A stretch of DNA of 64,000 nt from a virus (IMGVR_UViG_3300027808_000015); one strand, 5' to 3'; positions 36,630 to 46,535 are shown, counted from the first letter of the stretch. A program made the numbers and translations. Notes: generated by a model not told the origin, from the sequence alone.

Positions 36630-37193
36630 ATGGAAACATTAAACTCATATATATGGAAGGGACAGTTCCCTGGTGATTTAACATCTGTTAAAAATCGTGC
36701 ATACCAATTACTACAGACTAGTAATCATTTAAGTTCAGTACTAACTACCGATGGCGGAGTTAGTTCAGTTGACGATACCGATGGCCCACACATGTGGGAC
36801 GAATCAATCGAACTGCTAGACTGGATGACAACACATGCACAACAGGTACTAAAAGAATGGCAGTTCTTTGATCAAGGAACTTACATTGACGGCAGTTGGG
36901 TTAACCTTCATCCGCCCGGTGCATGGACTATGGAACATTCCCATGGTGGAGCTTCGATTTCAATAGTTGTATATTTAGACCAACCAGAAAATGGCGGGAA
37001 TTTAGAATTCCAAAATCCGTTATTTTATCACTGGAGCGGGTATCCAAAAGAAAACACCCTTTGGCAAGAAGTTACAGTCAAAACGGGTGATGTACTTATG
37101 TTTCCTGGATGGCTACTACATAGAACCCAAAAAAATCTAAGCCAATCTAATCGAATAATAATGAGTATGAATGTAATAGCATTTCCGGAATAA
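36630..37193 (+). CDS. 2OG-Fe(II) oxygenase (phage-type small family)
   Basis: 187 aa. TMEHSHGGASISIVVYLD...GGNLEFQNP...GDVLMFPGWLLHRTQKNLSQSNRIIMSMNV, matching the H.H...S.V.Y...G.L.F...GD...FP..L.H.V..N....R.S.SFN pattern of the small 2OG-FeII oxygenases common in marine phages. Confidence 0.6.
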   Translation: METLNSYIWKGQFPGDLTSVKNRAYQLLQTSNHLSSVLTTDGGVSSVDDTDGPHMWDESIELLDWMTTHAQQVLKEWQFFDQGTYIDGSWVNLHPPGAWTMEHSHGGASISIVVYLDQPENGGNLEFQNPLFYHWSGYPKENTLWQEVTVKTGDVLMFPGWLLHRTQKNLSQSNRIIMSMNVIAFPE

Positions 37194-37197
37194 AGTC

Positions 37198-37226
37198 TTG
37201 ACACACTAACAAATAGGCTGTATAAT
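37198..37226 (+). promoter_or_regulatory. sigma-70-type consensus promoter upstream of the DNA ligase gene
   Basis: TTGACA, 17 nt, TATAAT. Confidence 0.55.
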
Positions 37227-37259
37227 ATCTATATTAACAGTTAATTATGAAGGTATGAA

Positions 37260-38582
37260 ATGAGCGATCCTTGCCACGCAGTTATCTCCACTTTAGAAGA
37301 TCATCCCAGCCGTTTGAATAAAGAAGCTATTGTCCTTGCCCAAGCTGAGGCAGGTAACAATGAGCTTTTTGAAGGATTTCGACTTGCACTGGATCCCATG
37401 ATTACTTTTGGTATTAAACAAGTTCCGGAGAAAACAGATGAAGATGGTGCTGGCTTACCTTGGGATAGTTTTACTCTCGCTCTTACTGGCTTTGTCACAC
37501 GTCAAGTTACCGGTAACACAGCTAGGGATATGATCCAAGCAATGATGAAATCCGCCACTAAGGCACAGTGGAATGGATGGTATCGACGAATTCTTATCAA
37601 AGACTTGCGTTGCGGTACTAGTGAAAAAACAATTAATAAAATGGTAGAAAAGAAATATGCTAGTTACGCTATTCCTATATTCGGTTGCCAGCTTGCTCAC
37701 GATAGTGCTAATCATGAGTCGAAGATATCGGGCAAAAAATATATCGAAGTTAAACTCGATGGAGTTAGAGTTATTACTATTGTACGTAGTGATGGTCGGG
37801 TGGATATGTTCAGTCGCAATGGTAAAGAACTTGTTAATTTTCCGCACATTGTAGAACAGATTAGTGCAGTGGTTAAAAAAACACCACCTCCATATGACCT
37901 AGTACTTGACGGTGAAATTATGTCTAGTAGCTTCCAGGACCTAATGACCCAAGTTCATCGCAAGAGTGATGTTAAGGCTAATGATGCTATTCTCAACTTG
38001 TTTGATTTTCTTCCGCTCGAAGACTTTGAAAAAGGTATTTGGGATAAACGTCAAGAAGATCGTAGCGCAATGGTTTATCATTGGCATAAGGCGAACAAAG
38101 ATGTATTGCCTAATGTATCAGTTGTTGGGCACGAGCTAGTTGACTTGGATACTCCCAAGGGACAACAGCGTTACAAAGAAATTAATGTCAAGGCAATTGC
38201 TGGCGGATATGAAGGCATTATGCTTAAAGATCCAGAAGCAGGTTACGAATGTAAACGTAGCGTAGCATGGTTGAAGCTAAAGCCGTTTATTGAAGTTAGT
38301 CTTACTGTAGTTGCCACTGAAGAAGGTACTGGTAAGAATATAGGTAAACTTGGTGCATTAGTTTGCGAAGGTGTAGATGATGGCAAAGACATTCGAGTCA
38401 ATGTGGGCAGTGGACTTACAGACGAGCAACGGGATAGCTTCTGGCAGCTCAAGCGTGATTGTATTGGTATGGTGGCAGAAGTACGTGCCGATGCTGTGAC
38501 ACAAAATCAGGATGGCACTTACAGTTTGCGCTTTCCACGTTTCAAAGGATTCCGTGGTTTTGTGCCCGGTGAAAAGATTTGA
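37260..38582 (+). CDS. ATP-dependent DNA ligase
   Basis: 440 aa. KYIEVKLDGVRVI (KxDG adenylation motif I) plus downstream nucleotidyltransferase/OB-fold-like blocks (EGIMLKDP, WLKLKP). Confidence 0.75.
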   Translation: MSDPCHAVISTLEDHPSRLNKEAIVLAQAEAGNNELFEGFRLALDPMITFGIKQVPEKTDEDGAGLPWDSFTLALTGFVTRQVTGNTARDMIQAMMKSATKAQWNGWYRRILIKDLRCGTSEKTINKMVEKKYASYAIPIFGCQLAHDSANHESKISGKKYIEVKLDGVRVITIVRSDGRVDMFSRNGKELVNFPHIVEQISAVVKKTPPPYDLVLDGEIMSSSFQDLMTQVHRKSDVKANDAILNLFDFLPLEDFEKGIWDKRQEDRSAMVYHWHKANKDVLPNVSVVGHELVDLDTPKGQQRYKEINVKAIAGGYEGIMLKDPEAGYECKRSVAWLKLKPFIEVSLTVVATEEGTGKNIGKLGALVCEGVDDGKDIRVNVGSGLTDEQRDSFWQLKRDCIGMVAEVRADAVTQNQDGTYSLRFPRFKGFRGFVPGEKI

Positions 38583-38833
38583 CAAACGTTATTAAGATCA
38601 TTATAATGTTAACAACGACAACAACAATGTTGCTGTCGTTTAGTACTGTAAAGACTGATGATACATCTACACAATTATTTTGTGCTTATGGACAAATATT
38701 TGTAGAGTTTAATGAAGGTGATCATAAATGGGGAACACTTTGGCTAGACCGTAATGGCAGGCCGATGCCTTGTAAGGAAGGTCAGCCAGTTGTAGAAAAT
38801 TATTTAAAGGGAAATTATAATGAATCCATTTAG
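38579..38833 (+). CDS. hypothetical protein
   Basis: 84-aa ORF, ATGA-coupled. Confidence 0.4.
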   Translation: MTNVIKIIIMLTTTTTMLLSFSTVKTDDTSTQLFCAYGQIFVEFNEGDHKWGTLWLDRNGRPMPCKEGQPVVENYLKGNYNESI

Positions 38834-39179
38834 AGATCAAGAAAAATTTATGCGAGCCTGCGACCAAACAGTTGGTGGCGAGTTTGACGAGGATCAATTT
38901 AATTTGTACGTTGGTTTGATTGAAGAAGAAGCAGGCGAACTTGCCGAAGCAATTGCCGCACATGACCAAGTAGAAACACTGGATGCTCTTATTGACATTT
39001 TGGTTGTTACCATTGGTGCTATTCATAGCATGGGCAGTGACGCTGAAGGTGCTTGGAAAGAAGTAATGAGTACAAACTTTGCCAAGATTGGCGAAGATGG
39101 CAAAGTACGTAAGCGTGAAGATGGCAAAGTATTGAAGCCAATTGGTTGGGTTCCGCCTAATCTAAAGCCGTTTGTTTAA
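38820..39179 (+). CDS. mazG: MazG-like nucleotide pyrophosphohydrolase
   Basis: 119 aa. LIEEEAGELAEAI ... ETLDALIDILVVTIGA carries the EExxE...D metal-binding motifs of all-alpha NTP pyrophosphatases. Confidence 0.65.
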   Translation: MNPFRDQEKFMRACDQTVGGEFDEDQFNLYVGLIEEEAGELAEAIAAHDQVETLDALIDILVVTIGAIHSMGSDAEGAWKEVMSTNFAKIGEDGKVRKREDGKVLKPIGWVPPNLKPFV

Positions 39180-39188
39180 GGAATAAAA

Positions 39189-40025
39189 ATGAGATCACAT
39201 TACTGGACTATTGGAAAATTTGCCGACTGGCTTCGTGGTACGCCCAAGCTCAAGTGTGGCACCTGCGAAGAATGGGATGCCTGGTACGCTGAAGCAGCCA
39301 AAGCACATCCTATTCGTTACTGGATTGCTGAGGAAGGTCTAGACCACCTTCAAAAATTTGTTTATTACATTCCGGACAAGCTAAATGACATACGCTATTA
39401 TATTAACAATCGCTGGGTTAGTCACAGCCATGCTCTTACCGCACATCCTCGAGACATCAAACCGGGCGCTTGGAATGATGTGGGCAATCGCTTTCTTCCT
39501 TGTATGTTCAATGAGCTTGTGGACTTTGTGGAAATAGAACAAGCATGGCATCACTGTATTTGGAGTGATGATGCTAAGACTAAATTTGAAACTCCATGGT
39601 GGCGCAAGGGATGGCTACGCTGGCGCACATGGCGCAGTCCAGAAGCAGGTATGGAATATCTCAAGTGGGCCAGTGAACTCACTGTTGGAGAAGATATGGG
39701 TGCCGAGCCTGGTAGCAAAGGTTTTGGTGAACCTACATATCAAGCCAAATCTGCTAAAGAAATTATCGAGCTGTACACTTGGTGGACAGTGACCTATCGC
39801 AATCGTCCAGATGCATATGATGCAAGTGGATGGAGTGCGGCCTGCGAAGCCAGTCGTATTGCTAATGGCGGCAAGTTGAGTTTTAGTGGAGATAAAGATC
39901 CCGTGCTTAAAAAGGCCAGCGACAAAGCTCACAAGTTACTTCAAAAAATTGAAGCCGCTTATGAAGCAGAAGATGAAGCTATGATGATTCGTCTAATTAA
40001 AATTAGACAGAGCTTGTGGACATAA
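39189..40025 (+). CDS. hypothetical protein
   Basis: 278-aa ORF. Confidence 0.5.
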   Translation: MRSHYWTIGKFADWLRGTPKLKCGTCEEWDAWYAEAAKAHPIRYWIAEEGLDHLQKFVYYIPDKLNDIRYYINNRWVSHSHALTAHPRDIKPGAWNDVGNRFLPCMFNELVDFVEIEQAWHHCIWSDDAKTKFETPWWRKGWLRWRTWRSPEAGMEYLKWASELTVGEDMGAEPGSKGFGEPTYQAKSAKEIIELYTWWTVTYRNRPDAYDASGWSAACEASRIANGGKLSFSGDKDPVLKKASDKAHKLLQKIEAAYEAEDEAMMIRLIKIRQSLWT

Positions 40026-40032
40026 GTATAGG

Positions 40033-41400
40033 ATGACTGATAAAACAATATGGCTTAAACAAGCTAAACAAATATTAGACCGTACGGGCCCGGGTATGTG
40101 TTTAGCCAAGTGGTTGCAGGTTACCTTACATTTGCAAAACGGACACACACATAGTTGTCATCATCCCAATACACACAAAATTCCTCTAGAAGAAATTCAA
40201 CAGGATCCAAGTGCGCTTCACAATACTTCTTTTAAAAAATCACAACGTAAACTTATGATGACTGGCAGTAGGCCAGAAGAGTGTCACTTTTGTTGGAATG
40301 TTGAAGACAATGTACCCGAAGGCGCAGAGGTGTATAGTGATAGAATTTATAAAAGTACTGATGATTGGGCAGGTAAGGATCAATACTTTAATGTAATGTA
40401 TGCTGGCTGGGAACAAAACATCAAGCCAACTTACTTAGAAGTTAGTTTTAGTCATGCGTGTAATTTTAAATGCTCGTATTGCAGTCCGCACATTTCAAGT
40501 AAATGGATGGAAGAAATTGAAAAGTTTGGTGGTTACCCAACTACTCTTCAATATAACAACCTAGAGCATACTCAACGTCAAGACAAGATGCCTATTCCAG
40601 TTAAGGAACATAATCCTTATGTTGAAGCATTTTGGAAGTGGTGGCCGGATATTTACCCTACACTCCATACCTTCCGTATCACCGGCGGCGAGCCGTTAAT
40701 GAGCAAAGATACTTTTAAAGTACTTGACTACATTATTGAAAATCCTAATCCTAACTTAGAATTAGCAATGAATTCTAATTGTGTGTTACCTGATAAGTTG
40801 TTTGACAAGTTTCTTGAAAAGATTAAAATTATTCAAGACAACAAGTGTGTAAAGAGATTTACACTATTCACTAGTGCAGAAGCATATGGTAAGAAAGCAG
40901 AGTATATTCGCAACGGTATGGATTACGAAGTATGGCTTGATAACTGTCATAAGTACCTTACAGAAGTGCCTACAGCACATTTTAGTGTTATGTCAACTTA
41001 CAATGCCCTATCAATCACATCATATACAGAATTTTTAAAAGATATTTTAATTATGAAGTTAAAGTATCATGGCGAAGGAAGATCAATCAGTGTTGATATC
41101 CCCTACTTAGATAATCCAAAGTGGATGAGTGTTAGGATATTGCCAACTGATTATATCCCAATGCTGTTAAAACAAGTTGAATATATGAAGTCCAATCACT
41201 GTGATGGCAGGGGATTTCAGGAATGGGAAATTGCTAAATTGGAACGCATACAATACTTGATCAAAGAAGATCCAGAACAAGTTTGGCTAAAAGATTTTGG
41301 ACTATTCTTTGACGAACACGATAAACGTAGGGGTACCAATTTTTTGGAAACCTTTCCAGAATTAGCCAATTTGTATAATTACTGTAAAACAATAGTCTAA
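40033..41400 (+). CDS. radical SAM enzyme, N-terminal Cys-rich subfamily
   Basis: 455 aa. FSHACNFKCSYCSPH, N-terminal GMCLAKWLQVTLHLQNGHTHSCHHP and C-terminal FLETFPELANLY, paralogous to the ORFs at 15119 and 19390. Confidence 0.65.
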   Translation: MTDKTIWLKQAKQILDRTGPGMCLAKWLQVTLHLQNGHTHSCHHPNTHKIPLEEIQQDPSALHNTSFKKSQRKLMMTGSRPEECHFCWNVEDNVPEGAEVYSDRIYKSTDDWAGKDQYFNVMYAGWEQNIKPTYLEVSFSHACNFKCSYCSPHISSKWMEEIEKFGGYPTTLQYNNLEHTQRQDKMPIPVKEHNPYVEAFWKWWPDIYPTLHTFRITGGEPLMSKDTFKVLDYIIENPNPNLELAMNSNCVLPDKLFDKFLEKIKIIQDNKCVKRFTLFTSAEAYGKKAEYIRNGMDYEVWLDNCHKYLTEVPTAHFSVMSTYNALSITSYTEFLKDILIMKLKYHGEGRSISVDIPYLDNPKWMSVRILPTDYIPMLLKQVEYMKSNHCDGRGFQEWEIAKLERIQYLIKEDPEQVWLKDFGLFFDEHDKRRGTNFLETFPELANLYNYCKTIV

Positions 41401-41407
41401 TTGGTAC

Positions 41408-41436
41408 TTGACAGCTATGTCGATCGGTGCTATAAT
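41408..41436 (+). promoter_or_regulatory. sigma-70 consensus promoter
   Basis: TTGACA, 17 nt, TATAAT, followed by the strong Shine-Dalgarno CAGGAGTGAGAA-ATG of the 41468 gene. Confidence 0.6.
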
Positions 41437-41467
41437 ATGTATATTGTTTAATAAACAGGAGTGAGAA

Positions 41468-42667
41468 ATGGCAAAAGTAGCATCCAAAACCCGTGTAACT
41501 AAAAAGCAAGTTATTGCACATCGTACCCGTACAGTCAAAGACCATAGCCCAGTTTGGGAAGGTTGCGAAACTTGGGACGCAGACACATTCCACCGTTTCT
41601 TCAAACGTGCTATGGACTACTACCGTTTGGAAAGTGACATTAAAAGTTACAAGCCCGCTGTTGCCAAATGGATGGAAACTGTTGGCTGTACCCGAGCAGA
41701 TGTTACAGCATTCAAGAAAGTTAAAGATAGCCGTGTTGGTACCACAATGGGTGCAGTGGCCTGCTGTTTGAATCGCGGTATGACTCCGCAACGTGCTGAC
41801 TTTAATAGCGGCCGAGATTCAGCCGCTTGGTTACGAGCAGAGATTGTCAAAGTAATTGCGGCTGGTAAAGACGACATTGACGAAGTTGAAGCCAAAGCAC
41901 TTGAAGCCGCAAAACCAGCGGTATATACTCCTTCAATTCAGGATCGTGTTCGCGAAGCCGCTTATAGAATGACCGAAGAGATTGAAGATGCTATCGAAGG
42001 TTTCCAGACTGATCCAGAATCTTTTGATCCCAAAGCATTTAAGATGCTTAACTTGCTCAAAGGCAAAGAAGTCAAAGCCGCCCACGCAAGAATCATTAAA
42101 GGATTCTACAACAGAGATCTAGCTGAACTGGAAGAGTTGGCATCCGGTAGTGCAGATGAACAGCTACGTGAGGGCTACAGCCACCGTAGTAAGAAGCAAA
42201 TTAAGAACTTGATTGTGTTCTATCAAGAAATTATGAGTGCGTGTGATATGCTTGCCCAAGAAGCTAAGGTTAATCGTGCGCCACGTGCTAAGAAAGCTGT
42301 TCCAGCAGAGAAGTTAGTTGCTAAACTCAAGTACATGAAGACTAACGAGCCGTTGAAACTTGTGAGTATTAACCCAACTGACATTATTGGTGTTGGCGAA
42401 CTGTGGATCTTTAACACTAAGACCCGTAAACTCGGCAAGTACGTTGCTAAAGAGTTTAACACATTGGGCGTAAAAGGTACTACGATTACTAACTTTGACG
42501 AGTTTAAGAGCATACAGAAGACTATACGTAAGCCTGAGGAAAAGCTCAAAGAGTTTAAAGCGGCTGGTAAAGTACAGTTACGCAAGTTCCTAGAAGATAT
42601 TAATGCTACAGACACTAAAATGAATGGACGCATTAACGAAGAAACTATTCTACTCAGAGTGCAATAA
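41468..42667 (+). CDS. hypothetical protein (probably highly expressed)
   Basis: 399-aa ORF flanked by a consensus promoter plus strong RBS upstream and a strong terminator downstream. Function not recognised. Confidence 0.6.
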   Translation: MAKVASKTRVTKKQVIAHRTRTVKDHSPVWEGCETWDADTFHRFFKRAMDYYRLESDIKSYKPAVAKWMETVGCTRADVTAFKKVKDSRVGTTMGAVACCLNRGMTPQRADFNSGRDSAAWLRAEIVKVIAAGKDDIDEVEAKALEAAKPAVYTPSIQDRVREAAYRMTEEIEDAIEGFQTDPESFDPKAFKMLNLLKGKEVKAAHARIIKGFYNRDLAELEELASGSADEQLREGYSHRSKKQIKNLIVFYQEIMSACDMLAQEAKVNRAPRAKKAVPAEKLVAKLKYMKTNEPLKLVSINPTDIIGVGELWIFNTKTRKLGKYVAKEFNTLGVKGTTITNFDEFKSIQKTIRKPEEKLKEFKAAGKVQLRKFLEDINATDTKMNGRINEETILLRVQ

Positions 42668-42681
42668 ACTAGCACTTTAAT

Positions 42682-42705
42682 AGGGCCTTAGGGCCCTATT
42701 TTTTT
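42682..42705 (+). terminator. rho-independent terminator
   Basis: AGGGCC-TTAG-GGCCCT hairpin followed by ATTTTTTT. Confidence 0.65.
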
Positions 42706-42754
42706 GGCTTTAGGTTAAATCAGTTTAAGATAAATACTGCACAAGAGACCTATT

Positions 42755-44239
42755 ATGAGCCAAATTTTTACTATCGAAAACGACAAAGTTGTTATTACTA
42801 AACTTGCATTAAGCAATTTAGAAGGCAACATTATCCATTACGGTCAGTTAGACCTTACAGGTCCTGTTAACGTTACGGGAACACTATCTGTAGACACTCT
42901 CAAAGTTAAGCACTTAGAAACAGAACTAGGTATTGATACTAAGTTTGGGGACTGGGCTGTTAATGACGAAGCAGATTTACTAGACAAAGGATTAAGTTGG
43001 ACATGGGGCAAAGGTAGTGTACAACTTGGCTATCGTTCAGGTAATCGTTTATGGTCAAACAGTGACATTGATATTGAGCCAGAACATACATATAAAATTG
43101 ATAACACTACCGTACTAAGTCAAACTGAACTAGGACCGCAAGTTACAAAAAGTCGGTTAAGAGAAGTTGGCATACTTAGAGACTTACGTGTAGCCGGAAA
43201 TACCGCACTCGCCGAATTTGCATTTTTTGATCCGTCATTACAACGTGTTGGTATCAATACAGAAACTCCTAACGGCACGTTTGCTATTGTTGACAGCAAC
43301 ATAGAATTTGTTATTAACGCAACTAAAGATAATGCTCTACAACTTGGTACGTATACCAACAACGATTTTAATATCATTAGTGATAACACAACAAGAATCA
43401 CAGTTAAGAACAACGGACATATAATAATTGGTAATGAACACACTAACAATGCGGTCGTTAAAATTTACGGAACATTGGAAGTAGAAACAATAGTAGCAGA
43501 TACCCGTATTGATCGATTTAGTCCATTAGAATTTAAAACATCTAGAGATAGAGGCATATACGGACTAGGACTAACTTGGACCGGTACAGGCGGCATGCGC
43601 CAATTAATTATGCAAGCTGATCCGGATCGCCTATGGACAAGTGAAGACTTTGACCTAGCATCTGACAGAAGCTATTACATTGGTGGTGAACCAGTGTTGT
43701 CAGCGGTTGGCCTTGGAACGACAGTAACACGATCAAATTTATCTAAGTTAGGTACGCTAGACTCGTTAAGTGTTGATGGTGAAGCTACGTTCATGTCACG
43801 TATCAATGCTAGCCGTGCAGTGATCAATGCTAGAATTATTGAGTTTAATGACGGTGAAGATTTTAGCATTACAAATTCAAAAATAACCGCGGCCAATAAA
43901 TTGTCTTTTGATGTTGCAGGTGATGAAACTTATTACGCAGATGCAAATGAAATTGCTATTGGTAATAAACAAAACAATCGCAGACCTATTAAAATGTTTG
44001 GACCTGTTGGTATTGGTATTAATAATCCAGACCCAAGTGTTGGACTAGCAGTCAATGGCGACATTAGTTTTGCCAATAAAAAATTTACTACCGGAACAGC
44101 CGCACCGTCAGTTGGTGCATTTAATACAGGTGACATTTGTTGGAATTCAAATCCACTATCAAGCGGATACATTGGCTGGGTTTGTCTCCAACCAGGCGAG
44201 CCAGGTACATGGGCACCGTTTGGCCTAATTGGACAATAA
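42755..44239 (+). CDS. virion fibre/baseplate-like structural protein
   Basis: 494 aa. Gly/Asn/Thr-rich beta-rich composition (NNGHIIIGNEHTNNAVVKIYGTLEV; GIGINNPDPSVGLAVNGDISFANKKF). C-terminal ...GWVCLQPGEPGTWAPFGLIGQ. Confidence 0.45.
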   Translation: MSQIFTIENDKVVITKLALSNLEGNIIHYGQLDLTGPVNVTGTLSVDTLKVKHLETELGIDTKFGDWAVNDEADLLDKGLSWTWGKGSVQLGYRSGNRLWSNSDIDIEPEHTYKIDNTTVLSQTELGPQVTKSRLREVGILRDLRVAGNTALAEFAFFDPSLQRVGINTETPNGTFAIVDSNIEFVINATKDNALQLGTYTNNDFNIISDNTTRITVKNNGHIIIGNEHTNNAVVKIYGTLEVETIVADTRIDRFSPLEFKTSRDRGIYGLGLTWTGTGGMRQLIMQADPDRLWTSEDFDLASDRSYYIGGEPVLSAVGLGTTVTRSNLSKLGTLDSLSVDGEATFMSRINASRAVINARIIEFNDGEDFSITNSKITAANKLSFDVAGDETYYADANEIAIGNKQNNRRPIKMFGPVGIGINNPDPSVGLAVNGDISFANKKFTTGTAAPSVGAFNTGDICWNSNPLSSGYIGWVCLQPGEPGTWAPFGLIGQ

Positions 44240-44295
44240 GTACTAATACTATAGTCGATAATACCCAAATAAATATTTGCTACAGAGCGAATATA

Positions 44296-44631
44296 ATGGG
44301 ACCAATTACTAAACAACTTTACAAACAAATTAAAGGATGGCGAATCTATTCAGTAATCGCGCCAGCAGTCTTCTGCGCGATATCAGCATTCCTGTATCTA
44401 CACTACGGCACTATTTGGCAAATTATTTTTTTCACAGGTTTAATCATTTTGGGCGTAACTTGTATTAGCTGGTGGCACTGGAGTCTTTCAACTATGGTCA
44501 CAATGTTGGCCATTATGAAAGATACCGATGATCATTTTGAAAAAGTTAATGAACAACTTACACAAATTTCAAAACGAATTGAACCTGGAACATTAAGAAT
44601 AGTTACCAATACCATTGACAAAGATAAGTAA
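44296..44631 (+). CDS. small membrane protein
   Basis: The track ORF 44137..44631 uses a TTG start and overlaps the upstream gene. An ATG at 44296 gives MGPITKQ... with two hydrophobic helices. Confidence 0.45.
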   Translation: MGPITKQLYKQIKGWRIYSVIAPAVFCAISAFLYLHYGTIWQIIFFTGLIILGVTCISWWHWSLSTMVTMLAIMKDTDDHFEKVNEQLTQISKRIEPGTLRIVTNTIDKDK

Positions 44632-44642
44632 GAGTGTATAAT
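44615..44642 (+). promoter_or_regulatory. sigma-70-type promoter upstream of the PTPS-like gene
   Basis: TTGACA, 16 nt, TATAAT. Confidence 0.5.
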
Positions 44643-44715
44643 TACTATATGCGGACTAAGACGCTCATCCCGCAATATAAACTCTGCGTGTCATTGCTTA
44701 TTCAAGGAGAATACA

Positions 44716-45231
44716 ATGGCAAAATTTTACTCAACAAAAACTTACGGTAACGACAGAGGCTTATCCTGCTGTTTTAGACAATGGCGTGCCACACACAGCC
44801 ATTGTTCAACAATACATGGTTATTCAATTGGTATCAAATTAATTTTTGAATGCGATACACTGGATGACAAAAACTGGTGCATGGACTTTGGCGGACTCAA
44901 AGAATTCAAAGTATGGGCAGATCATATGTTTGACCATACTTTGGTAGTTGCTGAAGACGATCCTATGCTGGAATTTTTCAAACACATGAATGAAATGGTA
45001 GACATTGACAGTAAAGATCATCTGAGCAAACTACCACACGAACGTGGTGCCCTATGCGATCTGCGTATTGTGCCAGGTGTAGGATGTGAAATGTTTGCCA
45101 AGATGGCCTATGACAAGATGGCAGAGCTATTGGCATCTGGCGATATGCGTTATCCAATCAATCCAACAGCGAGAATCAAATCAGTTGAAGTATTTGAACA
45201 CGGTGCTAATTCGGCTACATACGAAGGTTAA
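44716..45231 (+). CDS. 6-pyruvoyl-tetrahydropterin synthase / QueD-like protein
   Basis: 171 aa. CSTIHGYS corresponds to the PTPS/QueD CxxxHGH zinc motif, but the last His is Tyr. Acidic EDD block downstream. Confidence 0.55.
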   Translation: MAKFYSTKTYGNDRGLSCCFRQWRATHSHCSTIHGYSIGIKLIFECDTLDDKNWCMDFGGLKEFKVWADHMFDHTLVVAEDDPMLEFFKHMNEMVDIDSKDHLSKLPHERGALCDLRIVPGVGCEMFAKMAYDKMAELLASGDMRYPINPTARIKSVEVFEHGANSATYEG

Positions 45232-45384
45232 GCATTACTGGAGACTTTGGGCAAAAGCTCTAGGTGAAAAATCAGGCAGTTCGGACGTGGAAGCGGACCG
45301 AATTGCTTGCATTCGTACTGTAATTGTGTTAATATATGTTATCACAAACTTTTTTATAATCGCAGGCGTCATAAGGCATTGGTA

Positions 45385-46413
45385 ATGGGCAAAATAGGCT
45401 TCGCATGTAAATGGATCGATCATGCCGATCAAGTAAATGGCATCAAGAAAGATGACGATGCCAAACAATACAACACTGGTACAACTACCATAAGTTGGTT
45501 AAATAGACAGTCAAAAGATGTAGCAGAGCAAAGGCTCTGGGACTTAATGGTCCAAAACATTTTGGCTACACAAAAACTAGTAGACCGTGTAGGAGAACTC
45601 AATGAAAATCTTAGGATGGTTCGCATTAGTAGCGACATTCTTCCTGCTTATACCCAGCCTGATTGGAGTTATTTTTGGCGCAGGCCTGACGTTGTTAGCT
45701 ATCTCGAGCGCAATTTTATCCTTGTTGGCAATAGTGCTCGTGCAAGCGGTACCCGTCTTTCTATGCATCCTGGCCAGTTTGTTGTTCTTGCTAGTATTAA
45801 CGAAGGCATTGTTGGGCGAAGCATAGAAGAATTTGAATATCATGCTGACATGGCTCGTTACATGGGCTACGGCAAGACATTCCAGGACTTTAAAATTAAT
45901 GTACATATCAGTGGTAAACAAGGTCCTGATGGTATTCGTGAGTCTTATAAGAAACTAAGCAACGAAGCACGTAATTGTATTACTATTGAAAACGAAGAAA
46001 ACTCATGGGGGTTAGATGATTGCCTCACTATTAGCGATATCGTTCCTATTGTGCTCGACATACACCATCATTGGATTCGCGAAGGGGAGTATCTCCTTTC
46101 GACAGACGATCGTGTTAAGCGTGTTGTGGATAGTTGGCGTGGTGTGCGCCCTACTATGCATTATTCAGTTAGTCGTGAAGATTACCTCGTGGAGCATGAC
46201 AAACTTATCGCACCTGTTCACAGCCAACTACTTCTAGATGGCTATAAGAAACAAAAGCTGAGGGCACACAGCGACTTTTATTGGAATCAAAAAACAAACG
46301 AATGGGCAATAACTTTTCTAAACCAGTTCGACATAATGTGCGAAAGCAAGGGCAAAAACCTAGCCAGCATGGAACTGTACAATCAAGCCAAAAGCTATCT
46401 CGAGAACAACTAA
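45385..46413 (+). CDS. UV-damage endonuclease (UvdE)-like protein
   Basis: The real start is likely MGKIGFACKWIDH at 45385 (the track extends to 45307). About 343 aa with TIM-barrel endonuclease-like blocks. Family assignment from overall pattern only. Confidence 0.45.
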   Translation: MGKIGFACKWIDHADQVNGIKKDDDAKQYNTGTTTISWLNRQSKDVAEQRLWDLMVQNILATQKLVDRVGELNENLRMVRISSDILPAYTQPDWSYFWRRPDVVSYLERNFILVGNSARASGTRLSMHPGQFVVLASINEGIVGRSIEEFEYHADMARYMGYGKTFQDFKINVHISGKQGPDGIRESYKKLSNEARNCITIENEENSWGLDDCLTISDIVPIVLDIHHHWIREGEYLLSTDDRVKRVVDSWRGVRPTMHYSVSREDYLVEHDKLIAPVHSQLLLDGYKKQKLRAHSDFYWNQKTNEWAITFLNQFDIMCESKGKNLASMELYNQAKSYLENN

Positions 46414-46535
46414 TACATCGGTTGGAAACTCTTAGGGAAGAGCTAGAAGAAAATCCTAATTTGAATGAACAGCGTCGAGCTCGTATTCAAGAGGACATGG
46501 CTCGTTACTCTGAGCAATTAAAACGGTTTGAATAA
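46281..46535 (+). CDS. possible overlapping small coiled-coil ORF
   Basis: 84-aa ORF in another frame overlapping the last ~130 nt of the UvdE-like gene. It ends directly at the bidirectional terminator. Confidence 0.2.
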   Translation: MESKNKRMGNNFSKPVRHNVRKQGQKPSQHGTVQSSQKLSREQLIHRLETLREELEENPNLNEQRRARIQEDMARYSEQLKRFE

